Assembly (NCBI RefSeq): GCF_900289195.1
Contig: NZ_OMOH01000001.1
Coordinates: forward strand, 90,001-122,000
Length of the DNA stretch: 32,000 nt
Source of the DNA: Propionibacterium ruminifibrarum
GTDB lineage: Bacteria; Actinomycetota; Actinomycetes; Propionibacteriales; Propionibacteriaceae
Direction of reading: 5' to 3'
The notes under the pieces were generated by a model. That model was not told the origin of the DNA, did no database searches, and was given only the letters and a program-made list of their open reading frames with translations. Below are positions 1-12,601 of the stretch, one piece after another. The position numbers and the translations under genes are program-made. The number at the start of each line of letters is the position of its first letter. The stretch's first letter is position 1.

Positions 1-142
1 CCTGCGCGAGGGAGCCACCGCGCTCGGCGGCCGCGGCGGCGGCAAGGACGACCTGGCCCAGGGCGGCGGCTCGGACGCCGCCAGGGCCGCCGACGCGCTC
101 CAGGCCGTCGAGTACGCCGTCGGCCATGTCATCCTCGGCTGA
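1..142 (+). CDS. alaS: alanine--tRNA ligase, C-terminal end (gene runs off the left edge)
   Basis: An open frame phased from nt 2 runs to TGA 140-142 and reads ...LGGRGGGKDDLAQGGGSDAARAADALQAVEYAVGHVILG. This matches the conserved GGKGGG(K/R)xDxAQ(A/G)GG C-terminal motif of AlaS. It lies directly upstream of ruvX-mltG, the usual neighbourhood. It is absent from the ORF track because it has no start codon in the window. Confidence 0.6.
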   Translation, partial: LREGATALGGRGGGKDDLAQGGGSDAARAADALQAVEYAVGHVILG

Positions 143-626
143 GGGGCCGTCGGGCCGTGGCACTGCGCGGTGGCGACCCGGAGTCCGGCTGTGCCTCGAC
201 TGGGGCAGGGCCCGCATCGGGGTGGCGGCCTGCGACCCCGATGGCGTGCTCGCCTACCCGGTCGCCACGGTGCGCAATGACGACGACGTGATGGTCTCGA
301 TCAGGGCCCTCGTGGCCGAGTACGAGCCCCTCGAGATCGTCATGGGCCTGCCCACCGATCTGCGGGGCGACCGCGCCGGTGTGGCGGCCCGCGCCATGCG
401 CAAGAACGCGCGGCGGGTCAACTCCGAGACCAACCTGCCGGTGCGGATGCTCGACGAACGGCTCACCACCGTCACGGCGGCCCAGCGGCTTGCCGCCACC
501 GGCAAGGACGCCCGGGCGCGCCGGCCCATCATCGACCAGGCCGCCGCCGTGGCGATCCTGGAGCAGGCCATCGACATGGAGAAACGCAGCGGAACAGCGC
601 CGGGCGAGGTCATCGACAGGGCCTGA
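126..626 (+). CDS. ruvX: Holliday-junction resolvase-like nuclease RuvX/YqgF
   Basis: The 166-aa ORF carries the YqgF N-terminal motif (LCLDWGRARIGVAACD). Its size and its position between alaS and mltG are typical. The ATG at 126 overlaps the alaS stop by 17 nt. Confidence 0.85.
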   Translation: MSSSAEGPSGRGTARWRPGVRLCLDWGRARIGVAACDPDGVLAYPVATVRNDDDVMVSIRALVAEYEPLEIVMGLPTDLRGDRAGVAARAMRKNARRVNSETNLPVRMLDERLTTVTAAQRLAATGKDARARRPIIDQAAAVAILEQAIDMEKRSGTAPGEVIDRA

Positions 627-664
627 GTCCGCTACAGTGCAGGCCAACGAGGGGAGGTGACTCG

Positions 665-2017
665 GTGAAACCGAAACGAGCTGCCGACAGCGACGATCTC
701 GATGACTTCTTCGCAGAGCCGGACCCTGGGCACGCCTCGCGGCGCTTTGGCCCCGACGACGAGTTGGGCGAGGACGACTTCGATGCCGAACCCGGTGAGC
801 GGGTGGCAGCCCGGGCCGCGGAGGATGACCCCGACGACGACCCGGAGGCGACCCGGTCGCTCGACGCGGAGGAGCAGCCGGACGACGATGACGAGGACTC
901 GATCCTCGGCCTCGGCGAGCAGTCCCAGCGCGGTGCCGGCTCCCGGTGGAAGTCCGTCATCGCCGTGCTGCTGTCGATCGCCATCATCGGCGGTGGCGGC
1001 TACTTCGGCTTCCAGAAGGCGTCCCAGGCCTGGACGAGCTTCCGGGGCGTCGACTACGACGGCGCCGGTGACGAGTCCACCTCGGTGCTGGTGACCATCC
1101 GTGAGGGCATGACGATCACTGAGATCGGCGACACGCTGGCCGCGAACCAGGTGGTCGCCTCCTCGAGGGCCTTCGTGCGCGTCGCCAGCGGGGACGGCCG
1201 CTCGAACAGCATCCATTCGGGCACCTACCAGATGCGCCAGCACATGTCGGCCCAGGCCGCGCTCGACGTCCTCGTCGATCCGGCGAACCTGGCGACGAAC
1301 CTCGTCACCGTGCCCGAGGGGCTGCGCGACTCGGAGGTCTTCACCCAGCTGAGCCAGATGACCGGTCTTCCCGTCTCGGACTTCGAGGCCGCCGCGAAGG
1401 ACACCGATGCGCTCGGCCTGCCCGACTACGCGCAGGACAACGTCGAGGGCTACCTGTTCCCCGAGACGTACACCTACGACCCGGCGGACAGCGCCACCGA
1501 CGTGCTGGCGAAGATGGTCGACCAGTTCAAGCAGGTCGCCGCCCAGGAGGACCTCGTCGACAAGGCCGCGGCCCTGGGCCGCTCACCGCACGACGTGGTC
1601 GTCGTGGCGTCGATCATCGAGAAGGAGACGACGAACTTCGACTACGGCCCCCAGATCGCCGAGGTCTTCTACAACCGGCTCGACAAGGGCGTGAAGCTGC
1701 AGTCCGACGCGACGGTCATCTACGCCAACAACATGAGCGGGCGCATCACGACGACCGACGAGGAACGCGCCATCGACTCGCCCTACAACACCTACGTCAC
1801 GGACGGCCTGCCGCCGGGCGCCATCTCCAACCCCGGTCGGGACGCGCTGCACTCGGCGCTCAACCCGACAACCGGCGACGACATGTTCTTCGTCGCCGTC
1901 AACCCCGACACCGGCGAGACCAAGTTCGCCGCCACCGAGGAGGAGCACGCGGCCAACGTGGAGGAGTTCCAGGAGTGGTGCCGGGCCAACGCGGACCGGT
2001 GCGACGAGGAGGACTGA
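665..2017 (+). CDS. mltG: endolytic murein transglycosylase MltG (YceG-like) with a long acidic N-terminal extension
   Basis: The 450-aa ORF has a single TM segment (WKSVIAVLLSIAIIGGGGYFGF). The following YceG domain includes YLFPETY and the catalytic-region motif IIEKET. GTG 665 is preceded by AGGGGAGG about 8 nt upstream. Confidence 0.85.
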   Translation: MKPKRAADSDDLDDFFAEPDPGHASRRFGPDDELGEDDFDAEPGERVAARAAEDDPDDDPEATRSLDAEEQPDDDDEDSILGLGEQSQRGAGSRWKSVIAVLLSIAIIGGGGYFGFQKASQAWTSFRGVDYDGAGDESTSVLVTIREGMTITEIGDTLAANQVVASSRAFVRVASGDGRSNSIHSGTYQMRQHMSAQAALDVLVDPANLATNLVTVPEGLRDSEVFTQLSQMTGLPVSDFEAAAKDTDALGLPDYAQDNVEGYLFPETYTYDPADSATDVLAKMVDQFKQVAAQEDLVDKAAALGRSPHDVVVVASIIEKETTNFDYGPQIAEVFYNRLDKGVKLQSDATVIYANNMSGRITTTDEERAIDSPYNTYVTDGLPPGAISNPGRDALHSALNPTTGDDMFFVAVNPDTGETKFAATEEEHAANVEEFQEWCRANADRCDEED

Positions 2018-2059
2018 CCCCTCCGCGCGGTGAGCCGGCACCGGCCGTGCCCACATCCG

Positions 2060-2089
2060 AGCCGATCCCGCCCAGACCCCGGATCGGCT
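2060..2089 (+). other. intergenic hairpin (perfect 9-bp stem AGCCGATCC/GGATCGGCT, 12-nt loop) between mltG and aroC
   Basis: Read directly from the sequence. The arms are at 2060-2068 and 2081-2089, and there is no U-tract. The hairpin ends 16 nt before the aroC ATG. Confidence 0.3.
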
Positions 2090-2104
2090 GGGATACTTGA
2101 CCTC

Positions 2105-3301
2105 ATGCTGCGCTATCTCACCGCCGGGGAGTCCCATGGTCAGGCGCTCGTCGCCACCCTTGACGGCGTCCCCGCCCACGTCCGTGTCAGTTCCACCGAC
2201 ATCCGCCGGGCACTGGCCCGCCGTCGGCTGGGGGCGGGCCGTGGCGCGCGCATGAGCTTCGAGGCGGACGAGGTGACGATGGTCGCCGGCCTGCGCCACG
2301 GCGAGACCCTGGGCTCGCCGGTCTCGATCATCATCGGCAACACCGAATGGCCCAAGTGGCGGACCGTGATGAACCCGGACGAGGTCGACCCGTCCGAGCT
2401 CGAGGGCCTCGCCCGCAACGAGCCGCTCACCCGCCCGCGCCCCGGTCACGCCGATCTGGCGGGCATGCAGAAGTACGACTGGGACGAGGCCCGCCCGCTG
2501 CTCGAACGCGCCAGCGCCCGCGAGACCGCGGCCCGCGTCGCCATCGGCCAGGTGGCCAAGAACTTCCTCGCCCAGGGCTTCGGCATCACCGTCCTGAGCC
2601 ATGTCGTCGAGCTCGGCGGGATCGCCGCCCGGATCGACGAACCACCGCGCATGGCCGATCTCGAACTCATAGACGCCGACCCGGTGCGCTGCTTCGACCC
2701 GCAGGCATCGTCGGCGATGCAGGCCGAGATCGAGGACTGCCGCAAGGACGGCGACACGCTCGGTGGCGTCGTCGAGGTGCTCGCCTGGGGCTGCCCACCC
2801 GGGTTGGGCGCGATGCGCGAGGGCGACACCCGGCTGGACGCCAGGCTCGCGCTGGCGCTCATGGGCATCCAGGCCATCAAGGGTGTCGAGGTCGGCGACG
2901 GCTTCGAGCTGGCCCGGCTGCGCGGCTCCAGGGCCCACGACGAGATCGTCCGCGGGCCGGGCGGGATCCGGCGGGCCACCGGCCATTCCGGTGGCACCGA
3001 GGCCGGTATGACGACCGGCGAGGTGCTGCGCGTGCGGGCCGCCATGAAACCGATCGCCACCGTTCCGCGCGCCCTGCGCACCATCGATGTCCGCACCGGC
3101 GAGGCGGCCGCCGCCCACCACCAGCGCTCGGACGTCTGCGCGGTCCCGGCGGCCGGGGTCGTCGCCGAGGCCATGGTCGCCCTGACGCTCGCCGACGCCT
3201 GCCTGGAGAAGTTCGGCGGTGACTCGCTCGGCGAGTGCCGGCGCAACTACCAGTCCTATCTCGCGGACCTGGCGGGCAGGGGCCTGTCGGTGCCCCGGTG
3301 A
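2105..3301 (+). CDS. aroC: chorismate synthase
   Basis: The canonical N-terminus [13 protein letters not shown] begins at ATG 2105, so the track ORF starting at 2030 is an upstream extension. The protein is AroC-like over its full length ([25 protein letters not shown]). Confidence 0.95.
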   Translation: MLRYLTAGESHGQALVATLDGVPAHVRVSSTDIRRALARRRLGAGRGARMSFEADEVTMVAGLRHGETLGSPVSIIIGNTEWPKWRTVMNPDEVDPSELEGLARNEPLTRPRPGHADLAGMQKYDWDEARPLLERASARETAARVAIGQVAKNFLAQGFGITVLSHVVELGGIAARIDEPPRMADLELIDADPVRCFDPQASSAMQAEIEDCRKDGDTLGGVVEVLAWGCPPGLGAMREGDTRLDARLALALMGIQAIKGVEVGDGFELARLRGSRAHDEIVRGPGGIRRATGHSGGTEAGMTTGEVLRVRAAMKPIATVPRALRTIDVRTGEAAAAHHQRSDVCAVPAAGVVAEAMVALTLADACLEKFGGDSLGECRRNYQSYLADLAGRGLSVPR

Positions 3302-3849
3302 TGAGTACGGCACGGCCGCCGCGGGGCCGCCAGGTCGTCCTGGTCGGTCTGCCCGGTGTCGGCAAGAGCACCGTCGGAGCTCTACTCGCCAGGAAATACG
3401 GGCTGGATTTCTTCGATGCGGACGACTGTCTCGAAGAGCAGCAGGGCCGTTCGATCAGCGAGATCTTCGCGACGGACGGCGAGGCCGGTTTCCGCGCCAT
3501 CGAGACGGCCACGGTCATCGAGCTGCTGTCCCGTCCTGGCGTCATCGCACTCGGCGGGGGAGCGGTGACGAACGAGGCGATCCGTGCCGCACTCGCCGGA
3601 CGCGACGTCGTCTGGCTCACGCAATCGGTCGGCCAGGGCGTGGAGCGCATCGGGAGTTCGACGCACCGTCCCCTCATGGCCGGCAGCGATATCGCCGGCA
3701 CCCTGCGCCGTCTCAAGGCCGGACGGGACCCCCTGTACCGTCAGGTCGCGACCATCCGCATCGACACCGACCGGAAGCATCCAGGCCGGGTCGCCACAGA
3801 ACTGGCCGCCGCACTCGGGTGGGGCCAGGACCTGGAAGGGGAGGACTGA
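3301..3849 (+). CDS. aroK: shikimate kinase
   Basis: ATG 3301 shares its A with the aroC TGA. The product has a P-loop (LVGLPGVGKSTVG) and AroK motifs (DADDCLEE, GEAGFRAIE, ALGGGAV). Confidence 0.9.
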   Translation: MSTARPPRGRQVVLVGLPGVGKSTVGALLARKYGLDFFDADDCLEEQQGRSISEIFATDGEAGFRAIETATVIELLSRPGVIALGGGAVTNEAIRAALAGRDVVWLTQSVGQGVERIGSSTHRPLMAGSDIAGTLRRLKAGRDPLYRQVATIRIDTDRKHPGRVATELAAALGWGQDLEGED

Positions 3850-3851
3850 AC

Positions 3852-4937
3852 ATGAGCGTCGTCGAGTTCGCCACCGAGAAGCCCTACCAAGCCGTCATCG
3901 GCCCCGGCGTCCTCGACCAGCTGGGCCGGTATCTCGGCGCCGCCACGAAGGTCGGCGTCCTGCACGCCCCGCCGCTGTCCGGAGCCGCCCAGCGGGCCGC
4001 CGACACCGTGCGGGCCGCCGGAGCCGAACCGGTCCTCATCGAGCTTCCCGAGGGCGAGAGCGCCAAGACCCCCCGGGTGCTCGCCGACACCTGGAGCGCA
4101 CTCGCCGTCGCGGGCTTCACCCGCGGCGACCTCATCGTCGGCATCGGCGGGGGAGCGACCACGGACCTGGCCGGTTTCATCGCCGCCACCTGGATGCGCG
4201 GCATCAGATGGGTGAGCGCACCAACCACGGTCCTGGCCATGGTCGACGCGGGCATCGGCGGCAAGACCGGCGCAGACCTGCCCGAGGGGAAGAACCTCAT
4301 CGGCGCGTTCTGGGAGCCCTCGGCCGTCCTGGCGGACACCGGCCTGCTCGGCACCCTGCCGGTCGGCGAGTTGCGCGCCGGACTCGGCGAGGTCATCAAG
4401 CACGGTTTCATCGCCGATGGACGCACCCTCGATCTCATCGCGGCCTCCCCGTCCGAGGCCCTCGACCCGACCAGCCCCCTCCTCACCGAACTCATCACCC
4501 GGTCGGTGCAGGTCAAGGCTCGTGTCGTGAGCGCGGACCTGCGCGAATCCATGTCGGTGGGCGACGACGTGGGACGCGAGCAACTCAACTACGGCCACAC
4601 GCTGGGCCACGCCATCGAGGCCGGCGAGCACTTCACCCGCCGCCACGGCGAGTGCGTGGGGCTCGGCATGATCTTCGCCGCCGAGCTCGCCCACCGCACC
4701 ATCGGCCTGGCGGCCGAGCACGTGGACCGGCACCGTCGCATGCTCGAACTCGTCGGCCTGCCCACGAGCTACCGGGGCATCGGCTGGGAACGGGCCCGCG
4801 CACTCATGGCCCGCGACAAGAAGACACGCGGCAGTACCCTGCGTTTCGTCGGGCTGCGTGCACCCGGTGACGTCACGATGATCGTCGACCCGCCCGAGCA
4901 GGCGCTGCTCGAGGCCTGGGACGCCCTGACCGGTTGA
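3852..4937 (+). CDS. aroB: 3-dehydroquinate synthase
   Basis: ATG 3852 is in frame within track ORF 3219-4937. The product carries AroB motifs (GIGGGATTDLAGF, DAGIGGKTG, NLIGAFWEP, LNYGHTLGHAIE). Confidence 0.95.
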   Translation: MSVVEFATEKPYQAVIGPGVLDQLGRYLGAATKVGVLHAPPLSGAAQRAADTVRAAGAEPVLIELPEGESAKTPRVLADTWSALAVAGFTRGDLIVGIGGGATTDLAGFIAATWMRGIRWVSAPTTVLAMVDAGIGGKTGADLPEGKNLIGAFWEPSAVLADTGLLGTLPVGELRAGLGEVIKHGFIADGRTLDLIAASPSEALDPTSPLLTELITRSVQVKARVVSADLRESMSVGDDVGREQLNYGHTLGHAIEAGEHFTRRHGECVGLGMIFAAELAHRTIGLAAEHVDRHRRMLELVGLPTSYRGIGWERARALMARDKKTRGSTLRFVGLRAPGDVTMIVDPPEQALLEAWDALTG

Positions 4938-4947
4938 GGGCCGCACC

Positions 4948-5643
4948 GTGTACGTTCCCGAGCACTTCTCCTTCGACGCCGCCCAGCTGGGAGCCCTCCT
5001 GCAGCGCGTCGGTGCCGGCGATCTGGTCACGAACGGGCCGGATGGCCTCGACGCCACCTTCCTGCCCTGGAGCCTGAACCCGGCGGTCGGCGAGCACGGG
5101 GCCCTGCGCACCCACGTGGCGCGTGTCAACCCGCAGTGGCGCGACGAGGGCCCCGCGATGGTCATCCTGCACGGCCCGGACGACTACATCGACCCGGCCG
5201 ATCACGCGGAGCCCGGGCAGGTGCCCACCTGGAACTACATCACCATGCACGTGCGCGGAACCCTCGTCGCCCACGAGGACCCGGAGTGGATCATCGCCTC
5301 GCTCGACGAATTGGTCGGCGCCCAGCCCACCGAGTGGAGCATCGACGAGATGAGCCCCGAACGGCTCCGGGGCATGACCGCCGCGATCGTCGGTGTCGAA
5401 CTGCGCATCGAGTCGATCACCGGCAAGGCCAAGATGAGTCAGAATCGCCCCAGCCGTGACATCGACGCCCTGGCCGACGCGCTCGAGGCGCGCCGCGGCC
5501 AGGCCGAGGAGCCCCGCTACCGGCGCCCGTCACCCGAGGCCGTCGCATACCTGCGCGGCCCCTCCCGCGACCACGCCCTGGCCCGCGAGCGGGCCGCCGA
5601 GCGGGCACGCACCACGAGGAGGCCGGGGCGAACCATCGGCTAG
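4948..5643 (+). CDS. FMN-binding negative transcriptional regulator, PaiB family
   Basis: The 231-aa ORF has PaiB hallmarks: MYVPEHF at the N-terminus, NPQW, VPTWNY and KMSQNR. The start is GTG. Confidence 0.75.
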   Translation: MYVPEHFSFDAAQLGALLQRVGAGDLVTNGPDGLDATFLPWSLNPAVGEHGALRTHVARVNPQWRDEGPAMVILHGPDDYIDPADHAEPGQVPTWNYITMHVRGTLVAHEDPEWIIASLDELVGAQPTEWSIDEMSPERLRGMTAAIVGVELRIESITGKAKMSQNRPSRDIDALADALEARRGQAEEPRYRRPSPEAVAYLRGPSRDHALARERAAERARTTRRPGRTIG

Positions 5644-5766
5644 GATGGCTGACTGCGGCCGCGAGCCGCCCGACCGGTCGCCGGTGCCAGGCGGCGGGCC
5701 CTCCTGCCCCGGCAGCGGGCCGTGCGCCGCCGTGGCCCGCTGACAACTGCAGAAAGGCTTTCACCA

Positions 5767-6330
5767 GTGGCTACGACCAATGACATCAAGAACGGCACCG
5801 TGCTGAACCTCGACGGTCAGCTCTGGCAGGTTCTGTGGTTCCAGCACCACAAACCGGGCAAGGGCAACACCGTCGTGCGCACCAAGATCAAGAATGTGCT
5901 GAACGGCAAGGTCGTGGACCGCACCTTCCCGGCCGACACCAAGATCGAGATGGCCCAGGTCGACCGCCGGGACATGCAGTACCTGTACAGCGACACCAGC
6001 GGCTACGTCTTCATGGACACCGACACCTACGAGCAGCTCGTCGTCGCCGACGACATCATCGGCGACGACAAGGAGTACCTGCTCGAGGGCATGACCGTCA
6101 CCGTCGCCACCAACGAGGGCAACCCGCTGTACATCGACCTGCCGGCCTCCATCGAGGTCGAGGTGACCTACACCGAGCCGGGCCTGCAGGGCGACCGCTC
6201 CACAGGCGGCAGCAAGCCCGCCACCATCGAGACCGGCAAGCAGGTGCAGGTACCGCTGTTCATCGACAACGGCGAGCGCATCAAGGTCAGCACTGCCGAC
6301 GGCTCCTATCTCGGCCGAGCCCAGGGCTGA
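5767..6330 (+). CDS. efp: elongation factor P
   Basis: GTG 5767 gives [22 protein letters not shown]...[17 protein letters not shown], typical of EF-P. GAAAGG lies upstream. The track ORF starting at 5722 is an extension. Confidence 0.95.
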   Translation: MATTNDIKNGTVLNLDGQLWQVLWFQHHKPGKGNTVVRTKIKNVLNGKVVDRTFPADTKIEMAQVDRRDMQYLYSDTSGYVFMDTDTYEQLVVADDIIGDDKEYLLEGMTVTVATNEGNPLYIDLPASIEVEVTYTEPGLQGDRSTGGSKPATIETGKQVQVPLFIDNGERIKVSTADGSYLGRAQG

Positions 6331-6836
6331 TGACCGACGAGGAGATCATCGCGTTGGCACCGGGGGAGCACCCCCCGGTGCCAGGCGCGGTGAAGGTGGC
6401 CAGCACCAACTATGAGGGCGCCCGGCACTCCACGCGGACGAAGGCCCGCAAGCAGGCGCTCGACGTCCTGTTTCAGGCCGAGCTGCGCGATGAGTCGGTC
6501 GACGCGGTCCTGCGGCGAAGGGCCCAGCAGGGCGAACCGGACGTGCGCGAGTACGCGGCGGCGATCCTGCACGGCTACTGGGACCATGCCTCCCAGATCG
6601 ATCAGCGCATCGCCGAGTGCATGAGCGGTGACTGGACGCTGGAGCGCATGCCCCGGGTCGATCGCAACCTGGCCCGTATCGCCATGTGGGAGCTCGACTT
6701 CACCGACATCGCACCGAAGGTGGCCATCAGCGAGGCCCTCGGGCTCGCCGACGAGCTGAGCAGCGACGAATCCGTCGCCTTCCTCAACGGCGTGCTGAAC
6801 AAGGCGCTGGAAACCCGGCCCGCTCGCCGGCAGTGA
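6330..6836 (+). CDS. nusB: transcription antitermination factor NusB
   Basis: ATG 6330 overlaps the efp TGA (cTGATG). The NusB core reads RTKARKQALDVLFQAEL...VDRNLARIAMWEL...FLNGVLNK. In-frame alternative GTG starts at 6390 and 6396 would remove an N-terminal extension of about 20 aa. Confidence 0.85.
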   Translation: MTDEEIIALAPGEHPPVPGAVKVASTNYEGARHSTRTKARKQALDVLFQAELRDESVDAVLRRRAQQGEPDVREYAAAILHGYWDHASQIDQRIAECMSGDWTLERMPRVDRNLARIAMWELDFTDIAPKVAISEALGLADELSSDESVAFLNGVLNKALETRPARRQ

Positions 6837-6962
6837 ACCGCCCGGTGATTCATCTCGCGGGTACCGGTCCTGACCGACCACCGATGCGGGCGCTGATATC
6901 GTTCCTCAGGGATCTGCCGCGGTCTGGCACTCGCAGGCTGCTCAGGGCAGGGAAGGATGGTC

Positions 6963-8116
6963 ATGAGCGCGCACGAACAAGACGCGATCCTGGTTCTCGA
7001 GGACGGCCGTGTCTTCCGCGGCCAGGCATTCGGGGCCATCGGTGAGACATTCGGCGAGGCGGTGTTCTCCACCGGCATGTCCGGCTACCAGGAGACCCTC
7101 ACCGATCCGAGCTACTACGGCCAGGTGGTCGTGGCCACGGCGCCCCACATCGGCAACACCGGCTGGAACGACGAGGACGACGAGTCCAGTCGTATCTGGG
7201 TCGCGGGCTACGTCGTGCGCGACCCGTCCCGGGTGCCCTCGAACTGGCGCAGCAAACGCAGCCTCGACGCGGAACTCGTTGCGCAGGGGGTCGTCGGCAT
7301 CAGCGGCATCGACACGCGCGCGCTGACCCGTCACCTGCGTGACCGCGGCGCCATGCGCGTGGGCATCAGCTCGGTCAGCACCGACGCCGACGCCCTGCTC
7401 GCCAGGGTCCGTCGTGTCCCCCCGATGGCCGGCGCCGACCTCATCGGGTACGTCACCACCGCCGAGCCCTACGTCATTGCGGCCCAGGGCGCCAGGAAGT
7501 TCACCGTGGCAGCCCTCGACCTGGGCATCAAGTCCATGACCCCGCATCAACTGGCCGAGCGCGGCATCGAGGTGCACGTCCTGCCCGCCTCCATCAGCTG
7601 GGAGCAGGTGGAGGCCCTCGCCCCGGACGGCCTGTTCCTGTCCAACGGCCCGGGCGACCCGTCCACCGCCGAGAACGCCGCCGCCCTGTGCCGCCGGGCG
7701 CTGGCCGCCGGGATACCGCTGTTCGGCATCTGCATGGGCAACCAGGTGCTCGGCCGGGCGCTCGGGTTCGACACCTACAAACTCAAGTACGGCCACCGCG
7801 GCATCAACCAGCCCGTCCTCGACCGGGCCTCGGGCCGGATCGGGATCACCGCTCACAACCACGGCTTCGCCGTCGATGCACCGACCGACCGCCCCGTCGA
7901 CACGCCCTACGGGCGGGTCGAGGTCTCACACGTCTGCCTCAACGATGACGTCGTCGAGGGGCTGCGGCTGACCCGCGACGGCCGGCTCGCCGCCTTCTCA
8001 GTGCAGTACCACCCAGAGGCCGCGGCGGGCCCGCACGACGCCGCCTATCTCTTCGACGAGTTCGTCGCGATGATGGCCGACAACACCAGCACGACCAAGG
8101 CGGGGGAGCAGGCCTG

Positions 8117-8117
<1 letters not shown>
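6963..8117 (+). CDS. carA: carbamoyl-phosphate synthase small (glutamine amidotransferase) subunit
   Basis: The protein is CarA-like over its full length, including the GATase catalytic site motif GICMGNQ and [11 protein letters not shown] 6963 lies 6 nt after GGAAGG. ATG 6957 is the alternative start. Confidence 0.95.
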
Positions 8118-11443
<3,326 letters not shown>

Positions 11444-11500
11444 CACAATCAATCCAGGCGGCCCCACCGCGCGGGCGGCCGACGAGGACGAGGAGAGGCC

Positions 11501-12601
11501 ATGCCGAGTGTCGACGAGCTGTCCGTGCGAGCCGTCCGCCAGGGCTACAGGGGCGTCGTACGCCCCGTGCTGTTCCGCATGCACGGCGGGGACCCGGAGA
11601 AGATCCATGGCCAGCTCATCTCCGCAATGGGTCACCTCCCCGAGTCGCTGCTGGGCGTCATCGAACGTCTCATCGGGACCGGACGCGACCCGGTGGACGT
11701 CGCCGGCATCCATTTCCCGGGCCGGGTGGGGGTCGCCGCCGGTCTCGACAAGGACGCGGTGGCCGCCAGCGTGTGGGGGCCGCTCGGCTTCGGTTTCGCC
11801 GAACTCGGCACCGTCACCCGCCACGCCCAGCCCGGCAATCCCCGTCCCCGCCTGTTCCGGTTGATCCGGTCGGAGGCGATCATCAACCGGATGGGTTTCA
11901 ACAACAACGGCGCGGAGGCCATGGCCGCCAAGCTCGACAACGCCGGCGTCAGACGCGGCAACAACCGCCTGGGCGCGCCGATCGGTGTCTCCATCGGCAA
12001 GACGAAGAAGACCCCGCTCGCCGAGGCCGTGCCCGATTACCTGTTCAGCCTCGAGACCCTGGCGCCGTACGCCGACTATGTCGCCATCAACGTCTCCAGC
12101 CCGAACACCCCGGGCCTGCGCAGCCTGCAGGACCAGCGCCGGATCGAGGAACTGACCGGCGCCCTCGTCGCCCGCGCCCGCGAACTCGACCCGGCCGCTC
12201 CGGTACCGGTCTTCGTGAAGATGGCCCCCGACCTGTCCGCCGGCCAGGTCGATGACATCCTCATGGCCTGCGAGAACGCCGGGGTCAGCGGCATCATCGC
12301 CACGAACACCACCGTCGGCCGCGAGCACCTGGCCCCGGCCGACCAGCATCTTGCGAGCCAGGCCGGCGGCCTGTCGGGAAGGCCCCTCACCGCCATGGCG
12401 CTGGAGCGGGTGCGCTGGATCACCCGGCACACCGAGCTTCCGGTCATGGGTGTCGGCGGCATCATGTCCCCGGCCGATGCGCAGGCCATGTTCGACGCGG
12501 GAGCCGTGCTCGTGCAGGTCTACACGGGTTTCATCTTCGAGGGCCCGGCCCTCGTCATGGGCATCAACAGGCTGTGCCGACCGGACAGGGCCGCACGATG
12601 A
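11501..12601 (+). CDS. pyrD: dihydroorotate dehydrogenase (quinone), class 2
   Basis: The 366-aa protein carries GFNNNGAEA and NVSSPNTPGLRSLQ, where the serine catalytic base is characteristic of class 2. GAGGAGAGG lies upstream of the ATG. Confidence 0.93.
   Translation: MPSVDELSVRAVRQGYRGVVRPVLFRMHGGDPEKIHGQLISAMGHLPESLLGVIERLIGTGRDPVDVAGIHFPGRVGVAAGLDKDAVAASVWGPLGFGFAELGTVTRHAQPGNPRPRLFRLIRSEAIINRMGFNNNGAEAMAAKLDNAGVRRGNNRLGAPIGVSIGKTKKTPLAEAVPDYLFSLETLAPYADYVAINVSSPNTPGLRSLQDQRRIEELTGALVARARELDPAAPVPVFVKMAPDLSAGQVDDILMACENAGVSGIIATNTTVGREHLAPADQHLASQAGGLSGRPLTAMALERVRWITRHTELPVMGVGGIMSPADAQAMFDAGAVLVQVYTGFIFEGPALVMGINRLCRPDRAAR

Noticed and set aside
1583-3313. 576-aa minus-strand ORF antisense to aroC
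   Set aside because: It is Arg/Gly/Ala/Pro-rich with no recognisable domain, and it lies exactly opposite a well-supported gene. This is a typical shadow ORF caused by GC3 bias.
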